Shown here: positions 37,566 through 46,797 of the stretch, one piece after another
Layout: every line of letters begins with the position of its first letter
How positions within the stretch are numbered: position 1 is the first letter of the stretch
Source of the DNA: a virus
Length of the DNA stretch: 64,000 nucleotides
IMG/VR virus record: IMGVR_UViG_3300009550_000008
Strand: one strand, 5' to 3'
Notes under the pieces: model-generated
The model's database searches: none
What the model was told of the DNA's origin: nothing
Seen by the model: the letters and a program-made list of their open reading frames with translations, nothing else
Position numbers and translations under genes: made by a program

Positions 37566-38864
37566 ATGATGAGAAATAAAGTTAATACAGGAGAGACTAT
37601 GACTGATAAAACTATTTCGGTAAATGGTAAGGATTTTACCATTACACCCGATAAAAGTGAGGTACTGGATACCCTCATAAAATCGTATCCTAATCAGACT
37701 GCCTTTACTAGGGCAGAGATCAAAGAAGCACTTGATGGATATCTTCCATATTGGATTAAATCCTCAAGGTTTCCATTTAAAGAACCTAATCCCGAGGGTG
37801 GAGTTATCTTCAACCTTGAACAGGTTGTTAATGGATACAACGGTGGTTATTCTCACGGTGGTGAGACTCCAGTGGTTGTGACCCCAACGGTTGCACCAGT
37901 GGCTGCAAAAGCAGTTCCATCTAACATGCCAGTTGCAGCTGCAACTGAGTCTGTTAATCTTCTCGATGGTGATGTCAAAATCATTCCTGAGAAGATGTCA
38001 AACTATGTGCCGTTTGGTCATTTCAAGGATGTCAAGAACATCATCAAGTCTAAGATTTTCTTCCCAGTTTTCGTAACTGGTCTTTCAGGAAATGGTAAGA
38101 CTTTGATGATCGAACAAACTTGTGCCCAATTGAAGAGAGAACTCTACAGGGTCAACATCACTATCGAAACTGATGAAGATGATTTGATGGGTGGTCATAC
38201 TCTAGTCAATGGTAACATTGTTTTCAGAGAAGGCCCAGTGGTCAAAGCAATGAGGAAAGGAGCTGTCCTTCTTCTTGATGAAGTTGACTTGGGTTCTAAC
38301 AAATTGATGTGTTTACAATCAGTTCTTGAAGGTAAAGGTTACCTAATCAAGAAAACTGGTGAGTGGGTGAGTCCTAAAGAAGGTTTCACTATCCTTGCTA
38401 CTGCAAACACAAAAGGTCAAGGTTCTGAGGATGGTAAGTTCATCGGGACTCAGATCATGAACGAAGCAATGCTTGAAAGGTTTGCAATTACGATGCAACA
38501 AGAATATCCTCCAGTGAAAACTGAGAGATCGATTCTTAAAAAAGAAATGGGATTGACTGGTGAAGTTGATGATGATTTCTGTGAGAAACTTGTTGACTGG
38601 GCTGACATAATCAGGAAGACTTTCTACGAAGGTGGGATTGATGATGTCGTGACTACTAGAAGGTTGGTTCACATTGTGAATGCTTTCAGAATGTTCAAAG
38701 ACAAAATGAAGTCTATTGAAATGTGCATTTCAAGATTCGATGAAGAGACTAGGAATTCAATCCTTGATCTCTACACCAAAGTGGACGATGGTGTCCACTT
38801 GGAAGAGTCTTCTGAGACATTCACGGAAGAGGTTAACTTTGAGAGTGATGAGAATGACTACTAA
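37566..38864 (+). CDS. cobS: CobS-like MoxR-family AAA+ ATPase
   Basis: GLSGNGKT, ETDEDDLMGG, LLLDEVD, ATANTKGQG, LERF, TTRRLVHI; true start may be 37599 (GGAGA RBS). Confidence 0.88.
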   Translation: MMRNKVNTGETMTDKTISVNGKDFTITPDKSEVLDTLIKSYPNQTAFTRAEIKEALDGYLPYWIKSSRFPFKEPNPEGGVIFNLEQVVNGYNGGYSHGGETPVVVTPTVAPVAAKAVPSNMPVAAATESVNLLDGDVKIIPEKMSNYVPFGHFKDVKNIIKSKIFFPVFVTGLSGNGKTLMIEQTCAQLKRELYRVNITIETDEDDLMGGHTLVNGNIVFREGPVVKAMRKGAVLLLDEVDLGSNKLMCLQSVLEGKGYLIKKTGEWVSPKEGFTILATANTKGQGSEDGKFIGTQIMNEAMLERFAITMQQEYPPVKTERSILKKEMGLTGEVDDDFCEKLVDWADIIRKTFYEGGIDDVVTTRRLVHIVNAFRMFKDKMKSIEMCISRFDEETRNSILDLYTKVDDGVHLEESSETFTEEVNFESDENDY

Positions 38865-39813
38865 GAAACCAGTCAATCTATTGAAAGGGGAACAATCACA
38901 GTTCCCCGTTCAGGTTGTGCCTGGCATGAGAGTTCTCAGATATGACTATGTCAGATTAGTTGACATCAATGCAACCAATCAGAACTGGGGTAGAATCAGT
39001 GGTGTTACAACAGCTGGTAGGGATGGAATCAGGAGAATGATTCAGGATGGAACATACTTACCTCAACACTTTGAACCACCAGTGATAGATCAGGATGGTA
39101 ATCTTATCGCTGGAAAGCACAGGTTCGATGCACATGACGCTGAAGGTGAAGAATACATGTGGGTTGCAGTTTGTGAATTCGATGATGATGATGCAAGAAA
39201 TACATATGCAAATGATGAGAATATGAGAAACACCTTCAAGACTATGCAGACGCCTGAAGATTTCATTTTTGCACATGCACAAATTGTTAAGAGAGGAGAC
39301 AAAGTAGCTAAAACTAAGAATGCAGTTAGTAATTACATCAAGAGAAATTATCCACAACTCCCTATGAATTATCCAAGTAGGTCAAAACTTGCCGAAGAGA
39401 TATTGATTACAGCTGGAGTTGATTTTGTACCGATTGAAATTATGACTGATGAGAAAATCATTTCTGAGTATTATGAAGAGTATGGAATCGATATTGTCGA
39501 AGACCCTTCTTGCATTTTAAAGAAATTAACTGGTGCAAAGGATTTAAAAAGGTCAGATAGATGGGCAAGACTTATGAGAGATTTGACTGATGGTATTTCA
39601 ACTGGTGTTAACTATACAGTTATCACTACATTTACTGGTGCAAACTCTGAGTCAATTCCTGAACTCAGGAAAACTTGTTTAGAGTTCTATGATGATATGA
39701 TCGAGAATGCAAAGAAGTTAATCACTGGACAAGCAAGAAAGAAATTAGGAAGTGTTAGCTTTATTTTCACTAAGCAACTTCCCGAAGATGAGGTGTTCAA
39801 TGAGATTAACTGA
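38854..39813 (+). CDS. ParB/Srx-like N-terminal domain protein
   Basis: EPPVIDQDGNLIAGKHRFDA; start reassigned from 38716 to avoid a long overlap with cobS. Confidence 0.65.
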   Translation: MTTKKPVNLLKGEQSQFPVQVVPGMRVLRYDYVRLVDINATNQNWGRISGVTTAGRDGIRRMIQDGTYLPQHFEPPVIDQDGNLIAGKHRFDAHDAEGEEYMWVAVCEFDDDDARNTYANDENMRNTFKTMQTPEDFIFAHAQIVKRGDKVAKTKNAVSNYIKRNYPQLPMNYPSRSKLAEEILITAGVDFVPIEIMTDEKIISEYYEEYGIDIVEDPSCILKKLTGAKDLKRSDRWARLMRDLTDGISTGVNYTVITTFTGANSESIPELRKTCLEFYDDMIENAKKLITGQARKKLGSVSFIFTKQLPEDEVFNEIN

Positions 39814-40351
39814 GAAGAAAGAATCTAAGTGTAAGGTAACCTATAATGGTTTGGCTGGTTGCATGAACGCTGGTCTTTGGGATTTATCCATCTATAAGAG
39901 AGATATGACTAGAATATTTTATGAAGGTGTATCAGGTCTTAGAACTGGATGGGAAAGTAAAGCTGCACAGGACATGAAGATGAATGATAAGAATTTTAAA
40001 CCAACATTCGATCATGTACTTGCACCACAAACTACAGCATATTTTATTTGTGATAACTGGGATAGGTTTCAAGACTTCGAAGAATTCAGAAAGATTTATT
40101 TGATTGCATCACAGGTATGTGCTGTAACTTCATATGAAAATAATGAACTAAAGAAATGGACTGGTAAGGATTCTTCTCAGGTTCTTTGTCCTATCAATGA
40201 GAGATACGATAGATGTGGTATCAGGTTATATCATAAGAATGTTGGATGGAATGATACACATTTAGAAACACCATTTCACTATCCATTTGAAGTTCCCGAG
40301 GGTTATTTGGAATATGAAGCAAAAACCCTATTGCAAGAACAGGAGGCATAG
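39800..40351 (+). CDS. Hypothetical protein, weakly HNH-like
   Basis: GAGGT RBS before ATG 39800; FDHVLAP...VTSYENNELK. Confidence 0.5.
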   Translation: MRLTEKKESKCKVTYNGLAGCMNAGLWDLSIYKRDMTRIFYEGVSGLRTGWESKAAQDMKMNDKNFKPTFDHVLAPQTTAYFICDNWDRFQDFEEFRKIYLIASQVCAVTSYENNELKKWTGKDSSQVLCPINERYDRCGIRLYHKNVGWNDTHLETPFHYPFEVPEGYLEYEAKTLLQEQEA

Positions 40352-40357
40352 AGTATA

Positions 40358-40663
40358 ATGAAATCAATGTCTATAAATTACAAATATAACGAACACGAAT
40401 TGATAAAACAATTCAGTGAGTATGTTGATAAGACATATGAACAACACTATTCAAAAGATAAGTTTCAGGCAACTGAGTTTATCATGGATGGTGGTCACGG
40501 AGAGGGATTCTGTATTGGAAACATTCTTAAGTATGCCCAAAGGTATGGTAAGAAGGATGGTTACAATAGAGCAGACTTATTTAAAGTCATTCACTATGGA
40601 TTCCTTGCATTATATAATCACGACACACACATAATGGAGGCTGAAAGTGATGAAAATAAGTAA
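40358..40663 (+). CDS. DUF3310 / T7 gp1.7-like protein
   Basis: QHY...GEGFCIGNILKYAQRYGKKDG...DLFKVIHY. Confidence 0.8.
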   Translation: MKSMSINYKYNEHELIKQFSEYVDKTYEQHYSKDKFQATEFIMDGGHGEGFCIGNILKYAQRYGKKDGYNRADLFKVIHYGFLALYNHDTHIMEAESDENK

Positions 40664-41315
40664 TGATACGAGAAATGTCTTAAAAAATTTCTCAACAATT
40701 AATTCGGGAATCCGAGTTAAAGCTGGAAACAAGGTTGAAACCATTTCCAATATGAAGAATATTCTTGCAGTTGCAACGGTTGATGAATCGTTCCCTCAAG
40801 ATTTTAGTATATACAACTTGCCCGAGTTCTTAGGTGCAACATCTTTGTTGTCTGACCCTGAGTTTACATTCGGTGATGCAAGTTTAACCGTTGCAGATGA
40901 TAACTCAAGTCTTGCATATTTTTATGCAAGTGAAGGTATGGTTACTGCACCTGATAAAATGATTACAATGCCTGATGCAGAAATCAACATTGAAATCAGT
41001 TCTACACTTCTTTCTGAATTACAGAAAGCTGCAAGTGTTCTAGGTGTTAATGATCTTATTCTATCATCAGATGGTAATACTATCAAACTAGAAGTGACTG
41101 ATAAGAAGAATCCAACTTCAAACACATTCTCAAGAATCGTGGGTGAAGGGAATGGTTCTACATTCACTATGAACTTCAAGATTGAGAATCTTAAAGTTCT
41201 CGATGGTAACTATAGAGTTGCTGTGTCTTCTAAAGGTATCTCTCACTTTGTGAATACAGATATCGATTTAGAATATTTTATTGCATTGGAGCCTGACAGT
41301 AATTACAATGCTTAA
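40647..41315 (+). CDS. gp45: Sliding clamp
   Basis: LKNFSTINSGI, FSIYNLPEFL, FKIENLK, YFIALEPDS. Confidence 0.94.
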   Translation: MMKISNDTRNVLKNFSTINSGIRVKAGNKVETISNMKNILAVATVDESFPQDFSIYNLPEFLGATSLLSDPEFTFGDASLTVADDNSSLAYFYASEGMVTAPDKMITMPDAEINIEISSTLLSELQKAASVLGVNDLILSSDGNTIKLEVTDKKNPTSNTFSRIVGEGNGSTFTMNFKIENLKVLDGNYRVAVSSKGISHFVNTDIDLEYFIALEPDSNYNA

Positions 41316-41429
41316 CCTATATATTAGTGTAAGTATTGTGCCAGTCTCTGCAATGCATACGGGAGTTATCCAATCTCATCAATCTTCAAGGGTGGATAGC
41401 ACTGTTAATTCGGAGGGGTTTTAACATCC

Positions 41430-42371
41430 ATGAATCAAGAATATCTATTCGTAGAAAAGTATCGACCTCAAACAATTGAGGATACGATACTTCCTGCGTC
41501 CCTAAAACAAACATTTCAAGACTTCGTCAAACAAGGTGAGATACCTAACCTTATGTTATGTGGTTCTGCTGGTGTTGGTAAAACAACCGTTGCAAAAGCA
41601 CTCTGTAATGAGTTAGGTGCAGACTTTATCGTAATCAATGGTTCCGATGAAGGGAGACTTATAGACACTCTTAGAACGAAGATTAAAAACTTTGCATCCA
41701 CGGTATCATTATCGGATGCACCCAAGGTTGTGATACTGGACGAGGCAGATTATATTTCTGCAGATTCAGTTCAACCAGCTTTGAGAAACTTCATCGAGGA
41801 GTTCTCAAGTAACTGTAGATTCATATTCACTTGTAATTACAAGAATAGAATCATACCACCATTACATTCAAGAACAACGGTGATCGATTTTGTCCTGACC
41901 CCTGACGAGAAACAAAGACTTGCTTCAGTGTTTCTTGCAAGACTCATGGAGATATGTACTACAGAAAATATCAAATTCGATCAAAAGGTTTTAGTTGAAC
42001 TTGTAATCAAGTTCTTCCCTGATTTCAGAAGATGTATTAATGAGGTTCAAAGGTATGGAGTCTCAGGAGAGATTGATAGTGGATTACTATCGACTCTTAA
42101 TGAAGAGAAACTTACACCTCTTATTGATATGTTGGCTGATAAGAATTGGGGAGGTATGAGAAAGTGGGTTGGTAAGAATTCAGATAATGATTTCAATACC
42201 CTCTATCGAAAACTCTTCAATGCATTGGAACAACGATTGGAACCTCAATCCATTCCAGCTGCAGTTTTGTTTATCGCTGATTACCAGTACAAGTCTGCTT
42301 TTGCTATGGATTCTGAGATTAATTTCGTTGCATGTTTAACTGAAATAATGTCGGAGTGTAAATTCAAATGA
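41430..42371 (+). CDS. gp44: Clamp loader large subunit
   Basis: VEKYRPQTI, GSAGVGKTT, ILDEAD, PLHSR, FPDFRR. Confidence 0.96.
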   Translation: MNQEYLFVEKYRPQTIEDTILPASLKQTFQDFVKQGEIPNLMLCGSAGVGKTTVAKALCNELGADFIVINGSDEGRLIDTLRTKIKNFASTVSLSDAPKVVILDEADYISADSVQPALRNFIEEFSSNCRFIFTCNYKNRIIPPLHSRTTVIDFVLTPDEKQRLASVFLARLMEICTTENIKFDQKVLVELVIKFFPDFRRCINEVQRYGVSGEIDSGLLSTLNEEKLTPLIDMLADKNWGGMRKWVGKNSDNDFNTLYRKLFNALEQRLEPQSIPAAVLFIADYQYKSAFAMDSEINFVACLTEIMSECKFK

Positions 42372-42664
42372 CGCAATATGATGAGAGAGTAGATATGCAG
42401 AAGAAGATTCTTCTTGCAGAAGAGTACAAAGATAAACCTAAGTGGGTTCATGCACATAGTTTAACATCTATGTGGTATGAGACTGAGAAGACCGCTAAAG
42501 ATGCTGTAAAGGGTGTCTTGGATGTTCAGTATATGGATGGTAGAATCGAAAGGACAATGTCAAAGACTGGAAAGAAATACCTCATTCAAAAAGGTATGAC
42601 TGGTGAAGAGTTAGTTCAAGAGGTTACTAGAAATCTTGCAGACTCAGGTAGATCACTTGACTAA
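42368..42664 (+). CDS. Hypothetical protein inserted between gp44 and gp62
   Basis: ATGA overlap with the gp44 stop. Confidence 0.6.
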   Translation: MTQYDERVDMQKKILLAEEYKDKPKWVHAHSLTSMWYETEKTAKDAVKGVLDVQYMDGRIERTMSKTGKKYLIQKGMTGEELVQEVTRNLADSGRSLD

Positions 42665-43049
42665 AAGAAATCCATTCGATTTTGTAAAGTCGGTCTCTTA
42701 CGACAAAAAAGATATCATGGTTGATGATATCGAAGAGAAAGCATATCAACCATTCTTAATTAATAAATCATTATCCTATCATCAGGATTCTGTTTTCCTT
42801 ACTAATGAAATGAATGTCAGGCATGGTGTAGACAACCGTCTTCAATACATGTTTTTCCTAAATACTCTTAGAAAAAGACAAAGATTTTCACAGTGGTCTA
42901 AGCCATATATTAGTAAGAAACTCGATACGGTAAAAGCATATTATCAGATATCTACAAAAGAAGCTAAAGACTATGTGGAACTATTGTCTGATAAACAGAT
43001 TCGAGAATTGAAAAACAGAATGAAAACTGGTGGTAAGGATAATGAATGA
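42636..43049 (+). CDS. gp62: Clamp loader small subunit
   Basis: NPFDFVKSV, YQPFLINKSLS, NEMN, LRKRQRFSQW; exact start uncertain. Confidence 0.9.
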   Translation: MQTQVDHLTKRNPFDFVKSVSYDKKDIMVDDIEEKAYQPFLINKSLSYHQDSVFLTNEMNVRHGVDNRLQYMFFLNTLRKRQRFSQWSKPYISKKLDTVKAYYQISTKEAKDYVELLSDKQIRELKNRMKTGGKDNE

Positions 43050-43452
43050 CCAAGAAGATATAATAAAAGACCTTGTTGAGGTCACATTCCCCGAAAAAGA
43101 CGACTTCCTAAAGATTAGGGAAACACTTTCACGCATAGGTGTTGCAAGTAGAAGAGAACAAGAACTGTTTCAGTCTTGCCACATACTCCACAAAAGAGGT
43201 AAGTATTACATTACTCACTTCAAAGAACTCTTTAAACTAGATGGTAAACCTTCTAACATCGATGAATCAGATATCGGTAGAAGAAACACAATTGTAGGTT
43301 TACTGGAACAATGGAACCTAGTTACTGTTCTTAACAAACAACAAATAGCCGAACCAAAGGCACCACTCTCACAGATCAAAATCATTCCATTCAAGGAAAA
43401 AAGTGAGTGGAAATTAACCACTAAATACAGTATAGGCAGTAATAACTCCTAA
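43042..43452 (+). CDS. regA: Translational repressor RegA
   Basis: DDFLKIRETLSRIGVAS, QSCHILHKRGKYYITHFKELFKLDG. Confidence 0.96.
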   Translation: MNDQEDIIKDLVEVTFPEKDDFLKIRETLSRIGVASRREQELFQSCHILHKRGKYYITHFKELFKLDGKPSNIDESDIGRRNTIVGLLEQWNLVTVLNKQQIAEPKAPLSQIKIIPFKEKSEWKLTTKYSIGSNNS

Positions 43453-43494
43453 ATATACCTACGAAAGATATTAATTTCTTTCGAAGGAGTAAAT

Positions 43495-43671
43495 ATGTTA
43501 GAATTCCTACAATGGATTATAGCATGGATACAGGTGATTCCTTGGTTAGTTATGGGTGCATCGTTAGTTGCAGCTCTAACTCCAACACCAGTTGATGATG
43601 GATTAGTCAAGAAAGCTTACAAAGTGCTTGATTGGTTTGCATTCAATGTTGGTAAAGCTAAGGATAAATAA
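43495..43671 (+). CDS. Small membrane protein (58 aa), possibly holin-like
   Basis: AAGGAG RBS; MLEFLQWIIAW...AALTPTPVDD...NVGKAKDK; absent from the ORF track. Confidence 0.7.
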   Translation: MLEFLQWIIAWIQVIPWLVMGASLVAALTPTPVDDGLVKKAYKVLDWFAFNVGKAKDK

Positions 43672-43703
43672 GATAACAAACTATTAATAGTGAGGAATAT
43701 ATC

Positions 43704-43976
43704 ATGGAAATATCATACATAATCGTATTGATTGTCGTGGTTACAGTTGGATATCTTGCATGGAGAGATACATCAGAGGCACCTGCCCCTGCGAAGAAGG
43801 TTGCAAAACCTACTCCGAAGGCAGATGCAAATAACAATGGTGTAGTTTCCAAGGCAGAATTGAACAAACTGACTAAGGTTCAACTATTTGACTTTGCAGA
43901 GAAAAATTCTCTAAAAGTTAAAAAGTCAGGAACTAAAGCTGCGGTCGTGAATGAAATTTGGTCTCAACAGAGATAA
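43704..43976 (+). CDS. Membrane-anchored protein with EF-hand-like loop and Rho-N/HeH-like domain
   Basis: N-terminal TM, Pro/Ala linker, DANNNGVVSKAE, LNKLTKVQL...TKAAVV. Confidence 0.65.
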   Translation: MEISYIIVLIVVVTVGYLAWRDTSEAPAPAKKVAKPTPKADANNNGVVSKAELNKLTKVQLFDFAEKNSLKVKKSGTKAAVVNEIWSQQR

Positions 43977-43999
43977 ATTCTTATTTACAAAACAACGAG

Positions 44000-44026
44000 A
44001 AGGGGACATTCAGTCCCCTTTTTTTT
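44000..44026 (+). terminator. Rho-independent terminator
   Basis: AAGGGGAC-ATTCA-GTCCCCTT followed by a T run. Confidence 0.85.
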
Positions 44027-44070
44027 GGGCAAATCAGTGCCATAATGAACCTAAAATCATAAATAATCGT

Positions 44071-44364
44071 ATGGATATATTACAATTTATGAGTGAAGTC
44101 GGAGTACCTATTGGGAGTGCTGTCATTATGGCATTCTTTATTTTCCTAACTTTACGATATATCCTAGAATCAGTAGTAGGACAAGTAACTGGTTTGACTA
44201 ATATTATTAGTAGTTTAGAAAGTAGAGTGAGGATGATGAACAATGATATGATAAAGATTGATTTGTTAGTGTCAGCAGCTCTAGAACTCAAACCCGACAT
44301 TGATCGTATCGCAAGAGCAGAAAACTTTGTAGAAGATGACAAGATTGATGTTCGAAGAGACTAA
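44071..44364 (+). CDS. Membrane + coiled-coil protein (paralog 1)
   Basis: SEVGVPIG TM helix and RMMNNDMIKI; start moved to 44071 (after the terminator, TAAATA-N5-ATG). Confidence 0.7.
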   Translation: MDILQFMSEVGVPIGSAVIMAFFIFLTLRYILESVVGQVTGLTNIISSLESRVRMMNNDMIKIDLLVSAALELKPDIDRIARAENFVEDDKIDVRRD

Positions 44365-44660
44365 TGGAAAAGATAGCACAACTGATTTCAGAGTTTGGTT
44401 TTCCAGTGGTACTTGCCTTGGGAATGGGTTACTTTATCTTTTTCGTATGGAAGTTTGTCACTCAGACACTTAAACCAAGTTTAGGTAAGGGCAGTACCGA
44501 ACTCATTCGACTTCTAGATCAAATTAGGATGTTAGATAACGATCTTATTCGTCTTAAAAGTAAGGTGGATACAGTTTTAGAATACCGAGAGAAACAGGAA
44601 ATTCTAACGGATGCCGAAGAAAAAGAGGCATTACAGAGGTTAAAAAAAGATGAAAATTAA
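44364..44660 (+). CDS. Membrane + coiled-coil protein (paralog 2)
   Basis: SEFGFPVV TM helix and RMLDNDLIRL; similar to the upstream ORF. Confidence 0.7.
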   Translation: MEKIAQLISEFGFPVVLALGMGYFIFFVWKFVTQTLKPSLGKGSTELIRLLDQIRMLDNDLIRLKSKVDTVLEYREKQEILTDAEEKEALQRLKKDEN

Positions 44661-45162
44661 TGGTACACATTTAGGTATTGCAGTAATGGTTCTGTTCTTT
44701 ACAGGACAATTATTTGCAGACGAAATAGTACACAAATTTAAAAATCCAAGCTTTAGTGGTATTGGTCAAGGAGCCCATTATTTGACAATCGAGAATCAAG
44801 AAAGTTCTCGTAAGAAAGCAATAGAAGATGCCTTGGATGCAGCGAGAAAAGCTGCAGAAAGAGAAGCAGACAATACAACGCTTGCCAAATTTATTAGAAA
44901 CCTTGAGAGTAGAATCTATGCTCAATTTGCAAAACAGCTAGTTGAATCAATGTTCTCAAATGATAATCCAGCAGGATTCGGCTCATTCGTATTAGAGGGT
45001 AATACAATTACATGGGAAATTATTACGGATGCAGGCGGTACAGAATTTATAAGATTAACAATCGTTGCCGAAGACGGGAGTTCTACAGTAGTTGAAATTC
45101 CAGTCGGTACAGGAAACTTTGGACAAGACCCTGATATTGGTGGCGGTGATGGAGGAGGTTGA
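44650..45162 (+). CDS. csgF: Curli assembly protein CsgF-like
   Basis: Signal peptide, HKFKNPSFSG (compare CsgF FQFxNPxFGG), NLESRIYAQ, TVVEIPV; adjacent to csgG. Confidence 0.8.
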   Translation: MKINGTHLGIAVMVLFFTGQLFADEIVHKFKNPSFSGIGQGAHYLTIENQESSRKKAIEDALDAARKAAEREADNTTLAKFIRNLESRIYAQFAKQLVESMFSNDNPAGFGSFVLEGNTITWEIITDAGGTEFIRLTIVAEDGSSTVVEIPVGTGNFGQDPDIGGGDGGG

Positions 45163-46076
45163 TGTTGAGACTTTTAACAATATCACTCCTCGTAATGTTG
45201 AGTGGATGTGCCTCTGTTCCTAAGTGGTCAGAAGGCCCAGCAGATTGTGCATATGAGACTGGAAGGTTCGATGAAGGTTTCGGAAGGGATGTAGTAACTG
45301 GCGTTGCAAAGTCAGTCACTAGGAATTACATTTGTGTTGAAAGTCCCGAAGTTGTAAGACTTCCTTCTTACATACAATTATTAGAATTACCACCAGCAAA
45401 AGAACAACCAATAGTTGCAGTCTATACCTTTATGGATAAGACTGGACAAAGAAAAGCCAGAGAAGGCATTGCAGATTTCTCTACTGCAGTAACACAGGGT
45501 GCAACCGAAATGGTAATTGATGCACTGAAAACAGCTGGTGATGGTACATGGTTTAGAGTCGTTGAAAGAAACGGTATCGACCATTTAGTTAGAGAAAGAC
45601 AGATCATTCGTTCTGCAAGAACAGACTTTGCAAATAAGACTGGACAATCAGACGAGGGAATACAGCCACTGCTCTTTGCGGGCATTATAATAGAAGGTGG
45701 CGTAATTGGGTATGATACTAACCTCCAAACTGGTGGACGAGGCGCACGGACACTCGGTATTGGGATTAGTAAACAGTATCGTCAAGATGCTGTTACAGTA
45801 AGTATGAGAGCCGTATCGGTTCTAACAGGTGAAGTATTAATGAATGTCCAAACACGAAAAACCATTTTATCATATGGTAATTCAGGGGATGTCTTCCGAT
45901 TCATCGAAGAAGGAACCCAGTTGTTAGAGTTTGAGGACGGAGTTGGAAATAATGAATCAGTGACTTACGCAACACGAACAGCAATTGAAGCTGCAGTGTT
46001 GGAATTAGTATACCAAGGCCATCATAGAGGGTTTTGGGAAATAGAGGGGTATAACGAAAATGAAGAAACTAATTAG
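45159..46076 (+). CDS. csgG: Curli secretion pore CsgG-like lipoprotein
   Basis: Lipobox LSGC, AVYTFMDKTGQRK, FSTAVTQG, WFRVVER, ERQIIR, EGGVIGYDTN. Confidence 0.92.
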   Translation: MMLRLLTISLLVMLSGCASVPKWSEGPADCAYETGRFDEGFGRDVVTGVAKSVTRNYICVESPEVVRLPSYIQLLELPPAKEQPIVAVYTFMDKTGQRKAREGIADFSTAVTQGATEMVIDALKTAGDGTWFRVVERNGIDHLVRERQIIRSARTDFANKTGQSDEGIQPLLFAGIIIEGGVIGYDTNLQTGGRGARTLGIGISKQYRQDAVTVSMRAVSVLTGEVLMNVQTRKTILSYGNSGDVFRFIEEGTQLLEFEDGVGNNESVTYATRTAIEAAVLELVYQGHHRGFWEIEGYNENEETN

Positions 46077-46797
46077 TTTAGTCTTTGGACTACTATTGTC
46101 GACAAACATTCTTTTCGCACAAGCCACTGATGATAACGAAATTAAGATTGAACAAGCTGGTGACACGCTTAAACTATACATCGATCAAATCGGTTTTGGT
46201 AACAAAATTGGTGGAGACGATGCAAGTGGTGGGTCATTATCAAATATGGAAATCACTGGTGGTGGTTTAGAATTTGATCTTGATTTTTCAGGGAACCAAA
46301 ACATTTTGTTCGGGCCACTAAAATCTGACGATTCGACTTACAAGTTAGATTTTACAGGTGACTCAAATAAGATTGATTGGAATATCGGTTACATTGGTAG
46401 TACGGATGACTCAGATATTAACTTTGATGTTACTGGAGACAGTAACCAATTTGATTTAGATCAAGGTTATGCTTTATCCGCAGAAAGATTGAATGCCGAC
46501 TTAATATTAATCGGAGACTCGAATATTTTTGATGTTGATTGGGAATCAGATGACTTAACATGGAACTTTGATATCACAGGTGATTCTAACAATATTAACA
46601 CATTACAAAAAGATGGAGAACAATATTTAAAATTGACTCTTGAAGGTGATAGTGCTGATATTGATATTAATCAGTTGTCAGGAACATGTGTAGGAGGTTC
46701 GCCTTGTGCAACACCTAATGCACATATTACATTAGATATCGATAGTGAAAATGCAATCATTCAGATCACTCAGAAAGACGCAGCTAACGATACTTAG
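46060..46797 (+). CDS. Secreted curlin-like beta-solenoid protein (acidic)
   Basis: Signal peptide; repeated QxGxxN and TGDSN strands. Confidence 0.7.
   Translation: MKKLISLVFGLLLSTNILFAQATDDNEIKIEQAGDTLKLYIDQIGFGNKIGGDDASGGSLSNMEITGGGLEFDLDFSGNQNILFGPLKSDDSTYKLDFTGDSNKIDWNIGYIGSTDDSDINFDVTGDSNQFDLDQGYALSAERLNADLILIGDSNIFDVDWESDDLTWNFDITGDSNNINTLQKDGEQYLKLTLEGDSADIDINQLSGTCVGGSPCATPNAHITLDIDSENAIIQITQKDAANDT

Noticed and set aside
34630-38864. CobS/CobT as evidence of cobalamin synthesis
   Set aside because: The MoxR-type AAA+ and vWA pair is common in T4-like phages, and no other cobalamin genes are present
43951-44070. N-terminal extension of ORF 43951-44364
   Set aside because: It spans a terminator and a late promoter, and paralogy with the next gene begins at Met 44071
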